From assembly GCF_009914755.1 (NCBI RefSeq), contig NC_060941.1: a stretch of 64,000 nucleotides of DNA. The stretch is one strand, 5' to 3'. The translations under genes were made by a program, and so were the position numbers. Every line of letters starts with the position of its first letter. The first letter of the stretch is position 1. Source of the DNA: the human T2T-CHM13v2.0 reference genome, Homo sapiens. Below are positions 14,542 through 29,539 of the stretch, one piece after another. Below the pieces are notes generated by a model, which was not told where the DNA came from, did no database searches, and saw only the letters and a list, made by a program, of their open reading frames with translations.

Positions 14542-14988
14542 TTATGTTCAATTTTAACTGAGATCCACATTTTACATATTTTTGATCATATAAAGTCAGT
14601 TGGAGAATGGGTAGTTGATGGGTGCAGACAAAAAATAACTTCACTTTCAATCGCTATTTTATCTTGTTAATCAAACTCAATCACAATTAACAAATATTAA
14701 GCACATATCATCCATCCATTGCTCCGATGGAAATTGGGAAATAAACTTGAGTCAATAGAGGTGACTTATGTGTTCATTGACTATTTACACAAAATTATCA
14801 TAGTTATCTGTGAGTTTGGTGACTAAAATAAAGTATTTTTTAAGTATGATTTCACAGCTGTAAAGCTGGCTTTGTCTATGGTTTTGATGTGGCATTTCTA
14901 GAACATAGCCTGTAATCTTATATTTTGATATTTTTTCTTTTATTTCTGAGTCTCAGTTAACTATTTACCAATATTTATAAGAAGACAG

Positions 14989-15419
14989 AACCAACCCAAA
15001 TGTCCAACAATGATAGACTGGATTAAGAAAATGTGGCATATATACACCATGGAATACTATGCAGCCATAAAAAATGATGAGTTCATGTCCTTTGTAGGGA
15101 CATGGATGAAATTGGAAATCATCATTCTCAGTAAACTATTGCAAGGACAAAAAACCAAACACTGCATATTCTCACTCATAGGTGGGAATTGAACAATGAG
15201 AACACATGGACACAGGAAGGGGAATATTACACTCTGGGGACTGTTGTGGGGTGGGGGGAGGGGGGAGGGATAGCTTTAGGAGATATACCTAATGCTAAAT
15301 GACAAGTTAATGGGTGCAGCACACCAGCATGGCACATGTATACATATGTAACTAACCTGCACATTGTGCACATGTACCCTAAAACTTAAAGTATAATAAT
15401 AAAACCAAACAAAACAAAA
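14989..15419 (+). mobile_element. 5'-truncated L1PA (L1PA3-like): ORF2 C-terminus and 3' UTR
   Basis: ORF2 end ...WIKKMWHIYTMEYYAAIK...; G-rich 3' UTR; CTAAATGACAAGTTAATGGG (not Ta type); TSD AAGAAGACAG (14979-14988 and 15420-15429). Confidence 0.93.
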
Positions 15420-16148
15420 AAGAAGACAGGTTGACATGAAACAATAAAAGATTGATGTGGTATGTCCCACTGGGAAAACTGTCCTTGGATATATCCTGAA
15501 TCTTTTTCATGCCTTGAACTGACATAAAAGTCTTTATTTAAGGAACCTTTTTACAATATTTAAAACATATCTACTGCTCACTCATTCACAGAAACATCAG
15601 AAATCCTGAGGTCTTGATTTAATTAAGGCTGATTGACATCAGGCTTCTGAAGTACAAAATTTGTTATCCTGCCTGTGATATTTCCTTCACATATTCTTTA
15701 TGAAGTCATTGTCTCCAAGAAGTATCTCCTTTTAAGATCCTCAGTCTGCCCTCTCATCTGGTTCCCATAGGTAAATGTAAATGTTACATAATATGCATGG
15801 ACAGTGTGTATTTATATTTACATTTACCCACAGTGCTCAACCCGTGTCTTAGGCACTTGTTCAAAGGAGGGATGCCTCAACTCAAAGACATCCAGGTCAA
15901 AAACACATTTGTGGCATGTTTTCAATCATTTCCAAATGTACACATTCAGAGTGGGATAAAGGAGTGGAGAAGAGTCATGCATAAGAACTTCTTATCTTTT
16001 TGGAGACTCGTGTCTAAAGATGTTTCCGTAAAAATGTGGGCATGCTTCCAGGGACTAGTGAAATAACTTTGCACTTTCTTCGCTTTCCTTGAGATGAAAA
16101 AGAGAACAGCAGGCTGATTCCTGTGTGTCCTGACTCCAGATATCTTAC

Positions 16149-16189
16149 CGAGCGAGTGAACCCTATTGACTTGGGAGGATCCTGCAATT
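16149..16189 (-). other. Candidate non-coding exon
   Basis: Donor TCG|GTAAGA (intron from 16148); possible acceptors at 16189 or 16181; unique sequence. Motif evidence only. Confidence 0.25.
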
Positions 16190-17855
16190 CTAGAGGTGGG
16201 ATATGGTATGGACCTCCTCAAGCCTCTTTTGAAATTACTGTTTACCAAAACAACTTTTTAAGAAGCTAGCTTAGTGCACTCAGAACTTTCATTTTCTAGT
16301 ACATTTGAAAATATTTTCATTTTTTTCTTTTTCTTATTTACATGTAACAGTTTAAATCCAACATTTTTATAGTAGCTGCCTTCTGTAAGTACCCCCATTC
16401 AGAGTTCTGCCAGGTGAGTGGGTGTGTATCCCAGGTCAATCTCCTTGTGAAACTGCTTAGAGATGGCAAATAGTTAAGGCAGCAAAATCATTTGCGTGGC
16501 TTTCTACATGCAGTAGAACAACACTCTTCAAATCTCTGTAAATGCAATTTAGTACATGAATTTTTAAGGTGGAAAAATTCAATTTCTTCTTAAAATGGTG
16601 ATTTTCCTGATTCTACTGAAAGGATAGCCCATTGTAAGTCTTTGGATCTCACAGGCAATCAAGGTCCCTGGGCACTTTAACAAAAAATAACTAATACTAT
16701 TAAAAGCGTCACTTTAAGTTCACAAGAATTTTCTTACACACGGATATTTAAGGAATTCTGAAACAATGTCAACAGATTTGGGTAAGTTGGTAAAGTCATT
16801 TTCTATTATTTATTTTAAAGTGGTTTAAAAACTGGACTGTTTTGTAGCCCTGAAGCCTCCCTTAACCACGAACACCAAAATAGCCACATGGCTCCTTTTT
16901 ATCGGCTGCTACTTAAAACCAAACTCTGAATCATTTGTGGGAATCTGAACTTTCCCTGGGAGTCCACCAGCATCTAATTTCTGTATATGGATAAATTAAA
17001 AAGGATAATTTGCTTCAGTTTTAATTTCATCTCCATTTTCTTATTTTCCACATTTCCTAAACTTCAGCAATCAAAATACCACACTTCTGAATCTATTTAT
17101 GTTTTGTTTCCATTTTTTTTTTCAATGGCTGGGTGTACATTTTCCCTTAAAGAGACTTTCACAACATTTTTTCTATGCCCAGGAATTGCTGCATTCTTCT
17201 GGTGACAGGCTGCTCACTCTGTGCCACAGCTGCTGCTCCAAACAGCAAAGGCTGAGTGGTCTGGCTCACCATCACGGGACTGTCAGTCCATTTTCTCCCC
17301 TCTCCTACTAACCTTTGAGCACATGTAGAAAAGAAAATCAGTATATGGTTTTTTCTCTGCCTCATTTGCTAATTAACTTCCTGTTCTTCATGCATTGCAA
17401 GCAACCAAGGTCACAGAGAAATCCCGCTGCTACCAAGTTAATAGTTATTTCACAGAAAATACTGTTGTGTATCAACTCATTCTATCCCCAAACCTGTTTT
17501 CTTCTCCTGTAAGATAGTCTATGAAACCACTTATAGTAACTGGAACATAGATGTAGAGGTAATTGACATTATTGAATATCTATGGTCTTCTTGGGTGACT
17601 TGGTGAATAATTTATATTATGTGTTGAGTGAACTTCTTTATTTTTCTATTTATATGACCAAATGTCACTACTTGGAAATCCTAAACATTCCACTTATTCA
17701 TTCCTACCTTTTTGGTTTGATATCGCTGAGTCCTATGGTGACTTACCTCTATTGGCCATAAAATTATTTTATATGAATGTTTTATTTTCCTTAATGAATT
17801 GCAAGGACTCTGTTTTACTACTTTTGTATCCTCCTTCTCTGCCTAGTGGTACTGG

Positions 17856-18080
17856 TAATAACAGCTAACATGTATTGAGAAGCCTTGATGGAGCAAGCCT
17901 CTACTCTTTGTATCAGTGGTCACATTTAATCTTTGTAGGAACTCTAATGGGACAACATTATTGTCCTCATTTCTCCGATGAGAAAATGGAGGCTTAGGGA
18001 ACTTTTCTGAGGTTACGTAGATAGCCAGTTGTAGAATGAGTATGGGATTTGAGAAAACTGGACTACAGTGCCTTTAATAC
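17856..18080 (-). mobile_element. MIR
   Basis: CCTCATTTCTCCGATGAGAAAATGGAGGCTTAGG core. Confidence 0.7.
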
Positions 18081-18348
18081 TGCCTAAAGTAGACTCCTGG
18101 ACATGCACTGTATAAACCTAACTTCGGGTCCTTTTATTTCTTTCCCCTTCATACTACTCATTCATCTGCAGAGTTTGTGAAGAGAAGGCTGGGTAGAGCC
18201 TGCTTGGACGTGTGCTTTGATGCACCGAGTCAGGATTTGGAAAGGCTGAAGGTCTATTGGCCTCTGAGTTTTCTGATGGGAACCTCAACTCCTAGAAAAC
18301 TCCTGAAACAAATCATAGCCTCGTAAGTGCCATTACATAAAACTCTAG

Positions 18349-20192
18349 TGATGACAGTGGCAGGCCATCTGGAGCAGCTGCTGCCACCATGCCAGCTGCA
18401 GCAGGGAGGTGCGGCCTGGCTGCATAGTCTATGGAGCCAATGGTAGCTGGAAACAAGCAAAGCCCCGCCCCTTCTGTGTTAGGGCAGAGGCTCCCAAGGT
18501 GCTGCTTCAGCTGCCCAAGCCACAGCTGCAGACCCAGGCATTTCTGTGCTCCTGGGGCCCAGAAGCAGGCAGGAGGCCCACCCTCCCAGGTGCAGCTGCA
18601 GCCACCCAAGTCATGGCTGTAGACCCAGGCCTCCACCTCCACGGAGCAGGCAGGAGTCCGACTCTAGCCACCCACCGCCTCACTCCTGCACAGTGGCACC
18701 TGCCCAAACCATGACTGTGAACCCAGGTATCTTTGCACTCTTGGGGGCCTGGGAAAGCCCCCCTTCACTTGCAGGCTCAGAAGTGCCTGCTCCCACTGCC
18801 TGGCTTCTCCCTGCTGTTGGCATCCACTCCGATTCTGAAGCAAAGTCGAGGCTGTACTCAGGCACTGTTGCAGCCTGGCTAGGTGTGCACACACAGGGCA
18901 GTGCTGACACACCAGCTCCCTGGCACCTTGGCCCAACGGTGCCAACTTTGGGCACCAATGGGCATGGGAGGAAGCTTAGGGGAAACTGAGAGCAGCTTGG
19001 TGCTGGCCTTCAGGCACCCCTTGGCACCTACAGCCTGGGCACCATGAACAGCAGCAGGAGGCTAACAGGTTTCTGGGTGGAAGGGGCTGGGTCCCTGGTG
19101 AGGCCTCACCTTCAGGCCAGGGAGGGCCTCAAGGCTGGTGCCTGGGTTGCCAGTCCTGCAGACTGGAGTAGGAACTTGTGGTACCTTTTCTGGGCCTGCC
19201 CATGGCCGTTCATGGACCAACTGGCATGCACTTCCTCACATCTAAGGCCCATAAAAGCTCCAGGCTCAGATAGACCTCATCAGACATTGGGATGATCAGC
19301 TGCAGGGAGGAGCTACCCATTCTAGGGCCTCCTCTCTGCTGAGAGCTGCAGAGATGTCAGGACAACCAGCTGCAGAGAGGAGCTACCCTCTCCAGGGCCT
19401 CCTCTCTGCTGAGAGCTGCAGAGATGACAGGATGACCTGCCTGCAGAGAGGAGCTTCTCACTTCAGGGTCTCTTCTCTGCTAGGAGCCGAACACTTTTTG
19501 GGACACCCTGGCTGCAGAAAGGAGCTACCCACTGCAGGTCTCCACTGAGCTCTTCTATCACTCAACATGGTCCTCTTCACCTTGATCACCCTCCACTTCT
19601 CTGTGTACCTCATTCTTCATGGTCACAGGACAAGAACTCAGAACCCATTGAATGGTGGGGCTAAAGGAGCTATAACACAAACAGGGTTGAAACATGTCCC
19701 TTGCTTACCACATTGTGGGTAAAGAGAAGGAAAGAAGAGCTGCAGCCCTTTGGGGAGCCCAGATCTGGGAACTCCCCAGAGCTGTGACTCCCTCTTTGGA
19801 ATCCTGTGGTTCCTGGCATCTCCAAGCTTCTGTGCACCACCACGTTCCCCAGTGCTAGCTGTGGAAGCTGCTTGCAGTGTGTCTGATCCAGCCACAGCCT
19901 CACAGAGAGCTGGCACCCATGCCAGCACCTGGAGCTGCCCACCCCACTGCAGCACCTGGCATGTCTGATTATGCAGTGGCCAGAGTCCATGCTCACTCAC
20001 ACACCCCTCGCCGCTCTGTGGTTGACTTGCCCTTGGCAGGCGTGGGATCCAGACTGGTAGCATGAGCTAAGCGCAGCCCACCAGGCTAAGTGGGCAGAAC
20101 GAACCCAGCAGGCCCGAGAAAAACCCGGGCCAAGGTGCCACTGGCCACAGAGGTTTCTGGCCAAAAATTGACACCCCAAGAATCCTGTAACA
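18349..20192 (+). mobile_element. Full-length MER52(A) solo LTR
   Basis: TGATGACAGTGGC...AATCCTGTAACA; 4-bp TSD CTAG (18345-18348 and 20193-20196); GC-rich; internal ~70-bp repeats at ~19297-19550. Confidence 0.92.
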
Positions 20193-20572
20193 CTAGTGTA
20201 GTCTTTGGACTTGATATTTTTGGTTGCCATTAAAGCCACATTTTTTTCTATGTACTTTTCAGTATGGCCTTTTAGCAATTTTTCTTTCACTAAAAAACAT
20301 TTTTATCTTCTCTTAAAAAAAAAAATAGAAAGGAGGAAATAAACACGGGAGTGATAGCTATAAAAACAGCCCATGCCTTCCCTCCTCTTTTTCCTCCTCT
20401 AGGATACTCACTACACATCCAGTGTATAGATAACTTCATTTCTCTAATAAGCTTCTAGAGGGCAGGGATCACGTTTGTTCATAAAATCTCTCTAAATGCC
20501 ACCTACAGTAAGTCTCCAAACCTAGTCCTAAACAAACCAGCAGATAAGGAAAACCTCATGGATTTGCTAAAG

Positions 20573-20884
<312 letters not shown>

Positions 20885-21199
20885 TAAAGTTTCTTCAAAA
20901 GTGAAGGTGAAACAGTTTGTGGCTCAGCTAGACAAAATATTTTTCTTTTCTGCCCAATTTGAGTCTAGAAAAAAATAATGTCCTTAAACTATGTTGTTTC
21001 TTTCTTGGTACCAATCTAGTATCTTTATGAGGGAATACATAATGTAAAATTCTTTATTTTTAGTTCATCTTATAGGTCATTTCTCCTCATTCTCTTTTGC
21101 TACAGAGGAGGAAGAGACTGGGACGTCATTCCTAACAAGGTTCACTCTCTCATTCTCCATTTGTAATTAAGCAACAAGTCTTCTTCCAAAATCCATATC

Positions 21200-21680
21200 A
21201 CATCAGTCCACTTATTCCAAACCTATTTCTGTCACACTAAATCAACATCTCTAACTTGGGTTATTACAAACTCTCTTAGTTCCCTAACTTCTATTTATGC
21301 TCCTCTATAATTCATTTGGCATACAATAGCTAGCTAAAGTGAGCTTTTCTAACTGCAGTAATAATAATGACACTTTCTTGCTTTAATCTCTTCAGTAGTT
21401 TATTGCCATTGATAAAATCCAAAATCTCTTAAGTGGTCTATAAATTTCCATGTGACCTTTACCTTCCTACATCTTTACTCTCATCCTCTCCCAATTGAAA
21501 TCAGTGCTCCAGAAATCTTAGATTTCGAGTTGCCCAGCTCTTCCTACCCCAGGACCATCACACATGCTTTACCTTCAACACCCCTACCCCCTAGTGTAAA
21601 TGCCTATTGTCAAGAGGAATTCCCAAATCTCCAATGGAAATAAGGCTCTCTATTACATTCTTTAACTCCATCTGCATAAG
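21200..21680 (+). mobile_element. L2 fragment
   Basis: CATCTCTAACTTGGGTTATTACAA...GATAAAATCCAAAATCTCTTAA L2-like motifs. Confidence 0.55.
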
Positions 21681-21699
21681 TTATAAGTACTTAAAACAA

Positions 21700-22123
21700 T
21701 TTGGGATTTTGCCTTTCAGTAAACACTGCCCTGACCCCCACTTCAGAACCAAGGAACTCATTCTTCTAGCTGCCAGAGGTGTTGCCCATTAATGGCCAGC
21801 AGCATAGTTATTCTCTAGAAACTGTCCTCAGTGTAAGAAAACTGCCTCATCCCAGGTTATGCTCCATCCCTGTGGTTGACCCATATCCAATGACTGGTTG
21901 ACATAAGAGCACAAAGCTCTGTCCTCTTGCTCCAAGGGGATCACTCTGAAGGACTCTCCAAGTTCTAAAACCCCCGACTGGATTGGTTGAGGCATCTCTT
22001 GCATTGCCTCACAGTTAAACACTTCTCTATCCCAAATCCTGCTTTCCTTATTCTCCAATGAACTTGCTACACATAAAACTCAGAATCTCAATGTTTATTT
22101 CCTAGTGAACCTGACCTATGACA
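21700..22123 (+). mobile_element. LTR16-family ERV-L LTR (5' LTR of the relic provirus)
   Basis: CCCATATCCAATGACTGGT and ACTCTGAAGG motifs; ends GAACCTGACCTATGACA, directly followed by GTTGGTATTAGAAGT (ERV-L PBS-region-like). Confidence 0.8.
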
Positions 22124-22977
22124 GTTGGTATTAGAAGTTGCACTGAAAGTGGACCCAGGAAGCTGACTGTGATGGGAAATCAGTGAAAGAAAATGTCCTT
22201 AGAGAAACACTGTTTTATCCATTTTAGAAGTTGGAGGAGGGTATTAATTATAAATACTGTGGAATTGGATGTTTATTTATGATGGTTATCAATTTATTAG
22301 AAAATAACAAAAAGCCTGTGATGAATAATCAATATAAGGTAAAGCTTGAAAGCCAGTCTCCATAGCAACATATAAAGTTTCACATCTCTAGCTAGTGGAC
22401 AGAAAAAGGTGATTATAACATAGAACTTAATTTCAAGAGTAGCTAAGCTCCAGAGAAAGTCAAGTTCTTAATCCCAACAGATCTATTATGCCATCGTCAG
22501 GGCCTTTATTGGGAAAGAGTGAGACCCTGAAAGTTGGGTTGGTTATACCTGGGCTGATGCACATGAGTGTCTTGAATCTCTTTGGACATTCTGGCCCTGC
22601 AGAAGTAGCCCACTTTTTACTGATGAGGTTTATCTGCATTTGATTAATCTCAGATGATACTCTCACCTCTTCTGCTAGCCAATAGACTAATAGATTTGAA
22701 ATGCAATGTGGCATTGGCCCAGCTGAGGAAGTGATAAATTAGTTAAGGAAGACACTGACTATGGACAGAAGGAGTTGCAGGACCTAGCCAGGGTAGTATA
22801 TCTGGGGCTGGATCTTGAGGGTAGTGGATCAAGGGGGATAATATGTAAAGTTGGATGAAGTAGAGTGTGTTGATACAGGATATCCCTCCTGTAGTGTAGG
22901 ATTTTATACCTTGGTAGCAACCTTGGGAGATGGTACTAATATGCTGCTAGAATGACTTTTGGAAACAAGTAAAAGGA

Positions 22978-23376
<399 letters not shown>

Positions 23377-23479
23377 TCAAAAGGCTCAGAGAAGTGGACA
23401 TGCCAATTGGATATGCAACTGAAGGTCAGAAAACCTACCCACTGACAATGTTGAATGAGTTCAGACCATCCAAAAGCCA

Positions 23480-23702
23480 CATGGAACAGTCTTACTAACC
23501 ACCATGGAAGACCTAAGAATTGAATCCTTCCCTAGGCCAGTTGATAAAACTTGATTGCATCCTGTGAGAGATTTGAAGTAGAAGACACAGCCATCCCATG
23601 CCCAGACTCCTGATCAAAGAAATAAAGAGAAATAAATTCATATTGTTTTAAGCTGTTGAGTTTTGGCATAATCTGTTACATAGCAATAGATGATAAATAC
23701 AT
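23480..23702 (+). mobile_element. MLT1 (D-like) LTR 3' part
   Basis: CCATGCCCAGACTCCTGA...TTGTTTTAAGCTG...TGTTACATAGCAATAGATGATAAATACA. Confidence 0.7.
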
Positions 23703-24230
23703 TAACCCAGAAAAATTTTAAAATAGATTCACATAAAAATCAGTACATAAATGTTTAAAACAGCTCTAAAATGTATAATTTTACCAAACTGGAAACAATC
23801 TAAATGTCCTTCAGTAGATGAATGGATAAACTATGGTGCATCTGCACAATAGAATACTACTCAGCAATGAAAAAGGAATGAATCATTGTTATATGCAATT
23901 TGGGTTAATTTTAAATGCATTTTATTAAGTGAAAAAATCCAGTTTCAAAAAATTACTTGTGTATGATTACATTTACATGGCATTCTGGAAAAGGCAAGAG
24001 AGAGAATAGCTCAGTGATTGCCAGAGGTTAGAGGTTAGATATGTGTCTATGTGTCTATGTGTGCATGTTGTGGGGGATTGGAATGAAAGAGACGGCACAA
24101 GAGAATTCTTCGGTGTGTTGGAATTATCCTGTATCCTACATACAGTATAGTTACAAAAATTTATGTGTGTATAAAAACTCAGATCTGTCTACCAAAAGCA
24201 GTAAATGTTACTCGAGGTAAATGAAAAATA
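23703..24230 (+). mobile_element. Old L1M 3' end
   Basis: AACTGGAAACAATCTAAATGTCCTTCAGTAGATGAATGGATAAAC...GAATACTACTCAGCAATGAAAAAGGAATGAA. Confidence 0.75.
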
Positions 24231-24782
24231 ATGCTGCTGAATTCCAGGGGGAATGACAGAATTGATGCCAACTTTAAAGAGCTAAAAGCTGCAAGAATGA
24301 TGATCCCCATCATGTCTCTGTTTAACCCACCATTCTCGGGCCTGCTACAATGCTGCACAGACTCTGTTGAACGACAGTAGGATATCACAGACTCCATCAA
24401 CTAGAAGCCTCTTGATGGCAGCAGTGGTGGTAGATACTGTATCTTTGCTAGAGCAGATTGATATGGCTTCTGGTACATAGCATGTGACCACTGACTTAAT
24501 TAATACATTTTTTTTTCCATCACTCTTAGGAAGGACAACCAGAAACAGTACAGAATCAAATTTGCATGGGATAGAAAACAGTATATATTTATAGTCTTGT
24601 CCCAAGGCCAAACTAATTTTCCTCCCATAATCAGAATAAAGTCTGAAGGGATATGGGTCACCTTGGTATTTTGCAGCACATTACACTGGTCAGCTATATG
24701 GGTGATACTGTTATTATTGGAATGGATGAACAGGAAATGGAAAATCTATTGGAAGTCTTGGTAAGATATATGCACTTGAAAG

Positions 24783-25216
24783 GATTGCCAACCTAAAAAA
24801 CAAACAGAGGCTTTCTAAAAGAAAATACTTATTTGGGAATAAAATATTGCGATGGGAATATATGCATGCCATAGTAAATATGTGCATATTCAGGGAGGTA
24901 AAGGAAGACAAAGGTTTTTAAAGGGAAAAACTCAGGAGTATTACTTAATTGTTTTGAAATAATTATCCTTTGTAACAAAGATCAATAACAAGAGTGACGA
25001 CAGTCGAGGTTAGGGAGGCAGTTGCTGGGCAGATGTCCTGGCAGAAGTATATTTTGTGTAAAGTTATTGTGGTCTTTGTGAAGGTTGTGGATTGTCTCAT
25101 TTTTGTTGTTGTTGTTATCAAGCATACAAGTGTGAGAATCCTCTCTTCATGGCCTTCACTGGCCCTATCTGTCAGGATTTTCTTAACATTAGTGACTCCT
25201 TCTGACAACTTTCACA
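24783..25216 (-). mobile_element. MER65-type ERV1 LTR inserted into the ERV-L RT
   Basis: Reverse strand begins TGTGAAAGTTGTCAGAAGGAGTCACTAATGTTAAGAAAATCCTGACAG; pol-like sequence resumes on both sides. Confidence 0.75.
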
Positions 25217-25893
25217 GGGTGGTAGATAAACCCTATGAAGGTACAGGTGCCCATTATGTCACTAAACTTTCTAGGAGTCCAGAGCCTAGAACATGCCAGG
25301 ACAACCTTCAAAGCACCCCCTCCACCTCCAAGGCGAAGGAGAAAGCATGTTAGTCCTGTTTGGGTTCTGAAGTCTACAAATTTGTAGCATATGAGATTTC
25401 TGTTTTTCTTCCTCTGTGTTTCAAAAATAGACTGTGCCCTTCAGCACCTAAAAAATAATGAAATAACGTAATAATATTCATAATAAAGAATAGCATCTCA
25501 TGCCAGGATTTCCAATATATCCTGCCTTTGTTGGTGGTCAGCAGTAGGAAGCGAATCCCTATTTTCCTCAGCCCAGTCATCCTCAGAGGACACTGGCAAC
25601 GGGCCACTGTAACCACAGGGAAAATTAGACATATGACAAAGCTGGAGGCTAAAAATAGAATTCCTTTCCGATCAGCTTGTTCTATGCAATGCTTTTAATC
25701 TGGGGCTACCCTTCGTATGATCACTCAGTCACATGGACTAATCTAGTATCATCAACATCAAGGGAATTTCCAAGACACTTTACTATAGCAAATGAAATTC
25801 CATTTTTAAAAATAGGAAAACAATAGTGGTGTTCAGACGTTTTCCTGGATATTTTCTGGGGAACCTTCAGGGCTACTAATGTGTTTGTCTCTC

Positions 25894-26071
25894 AAGTATG
25901 CTTTAAGTTATCTTTGCTTGGTTCATAGACTCTTTTAAATGTCTGACTTATAACCACATCCTCAAAATACATTCATAAATACATTTGCCTAGCTTTGCCT
26001 ACAGTTTCAGGTAAGTAGCAGAACTCCTGAAAAGCCCTGGGCTTTATAGACTCCCATGGGTAAGAAACGCT
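25894..26071. mobile_element. Probable hAT-Charlie-type MITE
   Basis: TTTGCCTACAGTTTCAGG...GACTCCCATGGGTAAGAAACGCTG resembles Charlie MITE ends. Confidence 0.35.
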
Positions 26072-26498
26072 GCGTTGGACAATGTTTTTCCATGCCATGT
26101 ATTGAATTGACATCTAAGCCAGCAACATTAATACAATGATCTAAAAAAGAGCTTTAGACACTGCAGCTATTAAGGTGTGAAAATTCTAGTTAGCAACAGG
26201 GACATCCTCTGCTGGAGATGAAGTTCTATGTTTTGTTATACTGAGCTGCTGAGTAATTCTTGTTTGTTCAGAAATCAAAATCCATATTCTTCTTTCATTG
26301 ATTGTAATTTCAGTGGGGGCAAACAAGTGATATTAAAAGTTCGAGCTGTTGCTTAAGCCTCTAGTTATTGATATCATTATAAGATCAAGTCATTATTTAT
26401 TATTTACTTTGGCTTGATAAATAGACTTGACGTATATGCTTACTTATAAGTTCCTCCTGAAATCATGCTATGATGAAATAACTAATAATGGCATTTAA

Positions 26499-26758
26499 AA
26501 TAATAATGGCTATAGGTAATGAGTACTTATATGCAAGCATTGTGCTAAATGCTTTGGAGGCATTGTCTCAATGAAGTTGTACAATAATTCTCCCAGGAGG
26601 TAATATTATTCACATTTTACAGATGAGAAAGCAGAGGTATAGGGAGGTAAAGTAACTTGGCCAAAAGTCTGTATCTAGTAAAGTACAATGCTAGGATTTT
26701 GACCACAGGTCTTTTCCATTCCTAAAGCTTTGTATTAAATAGCTATGATATAATGCCT
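26499..26758 (-). mobile_element. MIR, near full length
   Basis: CATTTTACAGATGAGAAAGCAGAGG...AAGTAACTTGGCCAAAAGTC. Confidence 0.85.
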
Positions 26759-26884
26759 TTTTTGTAGAAAAAGAAAAAAGATAAATTTAAGAAAATCTTA
26801 TTTATTATTTTTTCCTTTATTCATACAAGAGGATTATTTCTTTATTCACACAAGAGGATTTTCTTCATGAAAACTTAAATGTTA

Positions 26885-28379
26885 ATGTTATTGAACTATA
26901 GCTTATAGATAATCAAATACAACTTACAATATTGCACATAATCATGTGTCTCTTTTAAATGTTTAGTTCAACTTGACAAATGTATACATCTGTATAACCA
27001 CCTTCTAAATCAAGGTACAGAATATTTTTGTCACTGCAAATAGTTTCTTTATGACTGTTTGCAGTCTCCCACCTTTAGCAATCAGAAGTTTAATTTACAT
27101 AACTTTAGATTAGTTTTGCCTATTCTAAGGTTATATAATAGAATCATATAGTATGTACTCTTTTGCTTCTGTCTTCTTTTGCTCAGCATATTTCTGAGAT
27201 TCATTCCTGTACAAGATACATGCACATAACAGTAGCTTGTTCCTTTTTTCCTGCTGACTAGTATTCCATGTCATGAATATCCACAATTTGCCATCTATTC
27301 CCTTGAGGTGGGACATTTTGACTGTTTGCAGACTTTTGACTATTATGTTTAAATCTGCTATAAACATTGAATTACAATTCTTTGTGTAGACATAGGTTTC
27401 TATTTCTCTAGGATTAAAATTACCAAGTCACATGGTAAATGTATAGATGTACATCTTTACAGGAACTTGTCAAACTGCTTTCCAAAGTGATTTTATCATT
27501 TTTCCACTAGCAATATAGTAGAGTTTGGATGGCTCCATACCCTTGCCAACACTCAGGACTCTCAGTTTAGCCATTATATATGTGTGAAGTGTCACTGTTG
27601 GTTTGTGTTTTCCTGATAGCTAATGATATTGAACATATGCTTATTGGCTATTCCTTTATCTTGTTTTGTGAAATATCTGTTCAAATCTTTGACCTATTTT
27701 TTAATGAGCCATTTGTAATATTTGACTATGTATATATAAATATATGCATTCTGGATACAAATCTTCTAAAGATTATCTAGTCTCTGTATTCCACCTCTCT
27801 GTTGATATATTGAAAATTATTCTAGTCTCTAAATTGCCATTTATTTTCTTCACAGTGTCTTTTCAAGAGCAGAAATTCTACATTTTGATGAAGTCTAATT
27901 GATACATATTGTTTTCCTTTCATTGTTCATTCATTTTATGCCCTAGCTAAGAAATCTTTGCTTATTCTAAGTCTGCAGATTTTTCTGTATATTTGGTCCT
28001 TGAATTTTTTAATACTATTCCACATGCTTTATATTATTACTTTATGTAGAGTTGGGTATAGGCTTAATTTAGTCCTCCTCTGAAACATAGTCTTTCATGA
28101 ATGTCCACTGAATGCCCTAGTGATCAACAAGTTTCCTTTACACTGATTGGTTAGAACAGATATAACTCCTACTTGTTAAGCTCCAGAAATAATTGTTCTT
28201 TTCCAACTGCTTGTTTTTTATCCAATCTCAGAGTCTCACCCTATGCACGTGCAGGTTAGAGTTCAGCCAAAGGCTTAAGAAGACTCTTATGAAGATTTCT
28301 GGAGGTATTTTCCTAGTTTTCTCAGGTACATAGCTCCACAAATTCTAGCTGCTTTTGCTTTCCTGAGTTCCGAGATCGA

Positions 28380-28411
<32 letters not shown>

Positions 28412-28790
28412 TCTCTCACTCTCTCTCTCTCTCTCTTTCTCTCTCTCCCTCTCTCCCTCCCTCCCTGCCTGCCTCTCTCCCTCCCTCCCTCTCCTTTTCC
28501 CTCCCTTCCCTCTCATCATTTCTCTCCAGCTTATGGAGAATGTCATGCTCTTTCTGGGTATCTGAGCTATGTGCTGGTTTTCAGTAAAGCCTTCAAGATA
28601 GCAAGATAGAAAGCCAGGATGATCAGAGAAATCATTTCATTTGTTTCTCTTTTCTTGAAGACCACAGTCCTTCCCAGCCAGCTGCCAAATGTTTGAAAGC
28701 CATTTTACAAATACATTTTTTCTACATTCTAGTTTTCTGTGATGGGAAGATCAATCTGGTGCCAGTTATTCCTTCATGGTGAAAACAGAA
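26885..28790 (-). mobile_element. Old L1M (MC/MD/ME) fragments
   Basis: AATAGAATCATATAGTATGTACTCTTTTG, CAAACTGCTTTCCAAAGTG and TTTTGATGAAGTCTAATT; 5'-type piece at ~28040-28790. Confidence 0.7.
28380..28520. repeat. (TC)n/(TCCC)n pyrimidine microsatellite
   Basis: Direct reading. Confidence 0.95.
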
Positions 28791-28890
28791 ATGTAACATA
28801 CAGCTTTAAAATGGACTTCCTTTGTTATATTGGTTTATTTTAATATATTCTTCTTTCTTTTTTAAGGCAAATTTGAAGTGAAGGAAATAA

Positions 28891-29329
<439 letters not shown>

Positions 29330-29539
29330 GAAAGCATTTTAAACATGTATTAACTACTTAGTAGCTGGTCCTGTCTTCTAGCTAATAACATTTTAATTTT
29401 TTTATAATGGCATAAGAATAAAAGTTTTTTATACCCTTCATATTATTATTTTTTATTGAGGATATAGCATCCTAGAGTATAGGTGATTTGGCAGAGGTTA
29501 TGAAATTACATTTAATTCCATGAATGTATTAATATCTAA

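Noticed and set aside
15010-15192. ORF MIDWIKKMWHIYTMEYY... (and the similar ORF at 44957-45223)
   Set aside because: C-terminal remnants of L1 ORF2 in 5'-truncated copies, not genes
18254-20290. Dense cluster of ORFs up to 147 aa on both strands
   Set aside because: Essentially all lie in the GC-rich MER52 LTR, where stop codons are scarce; no protein motifs
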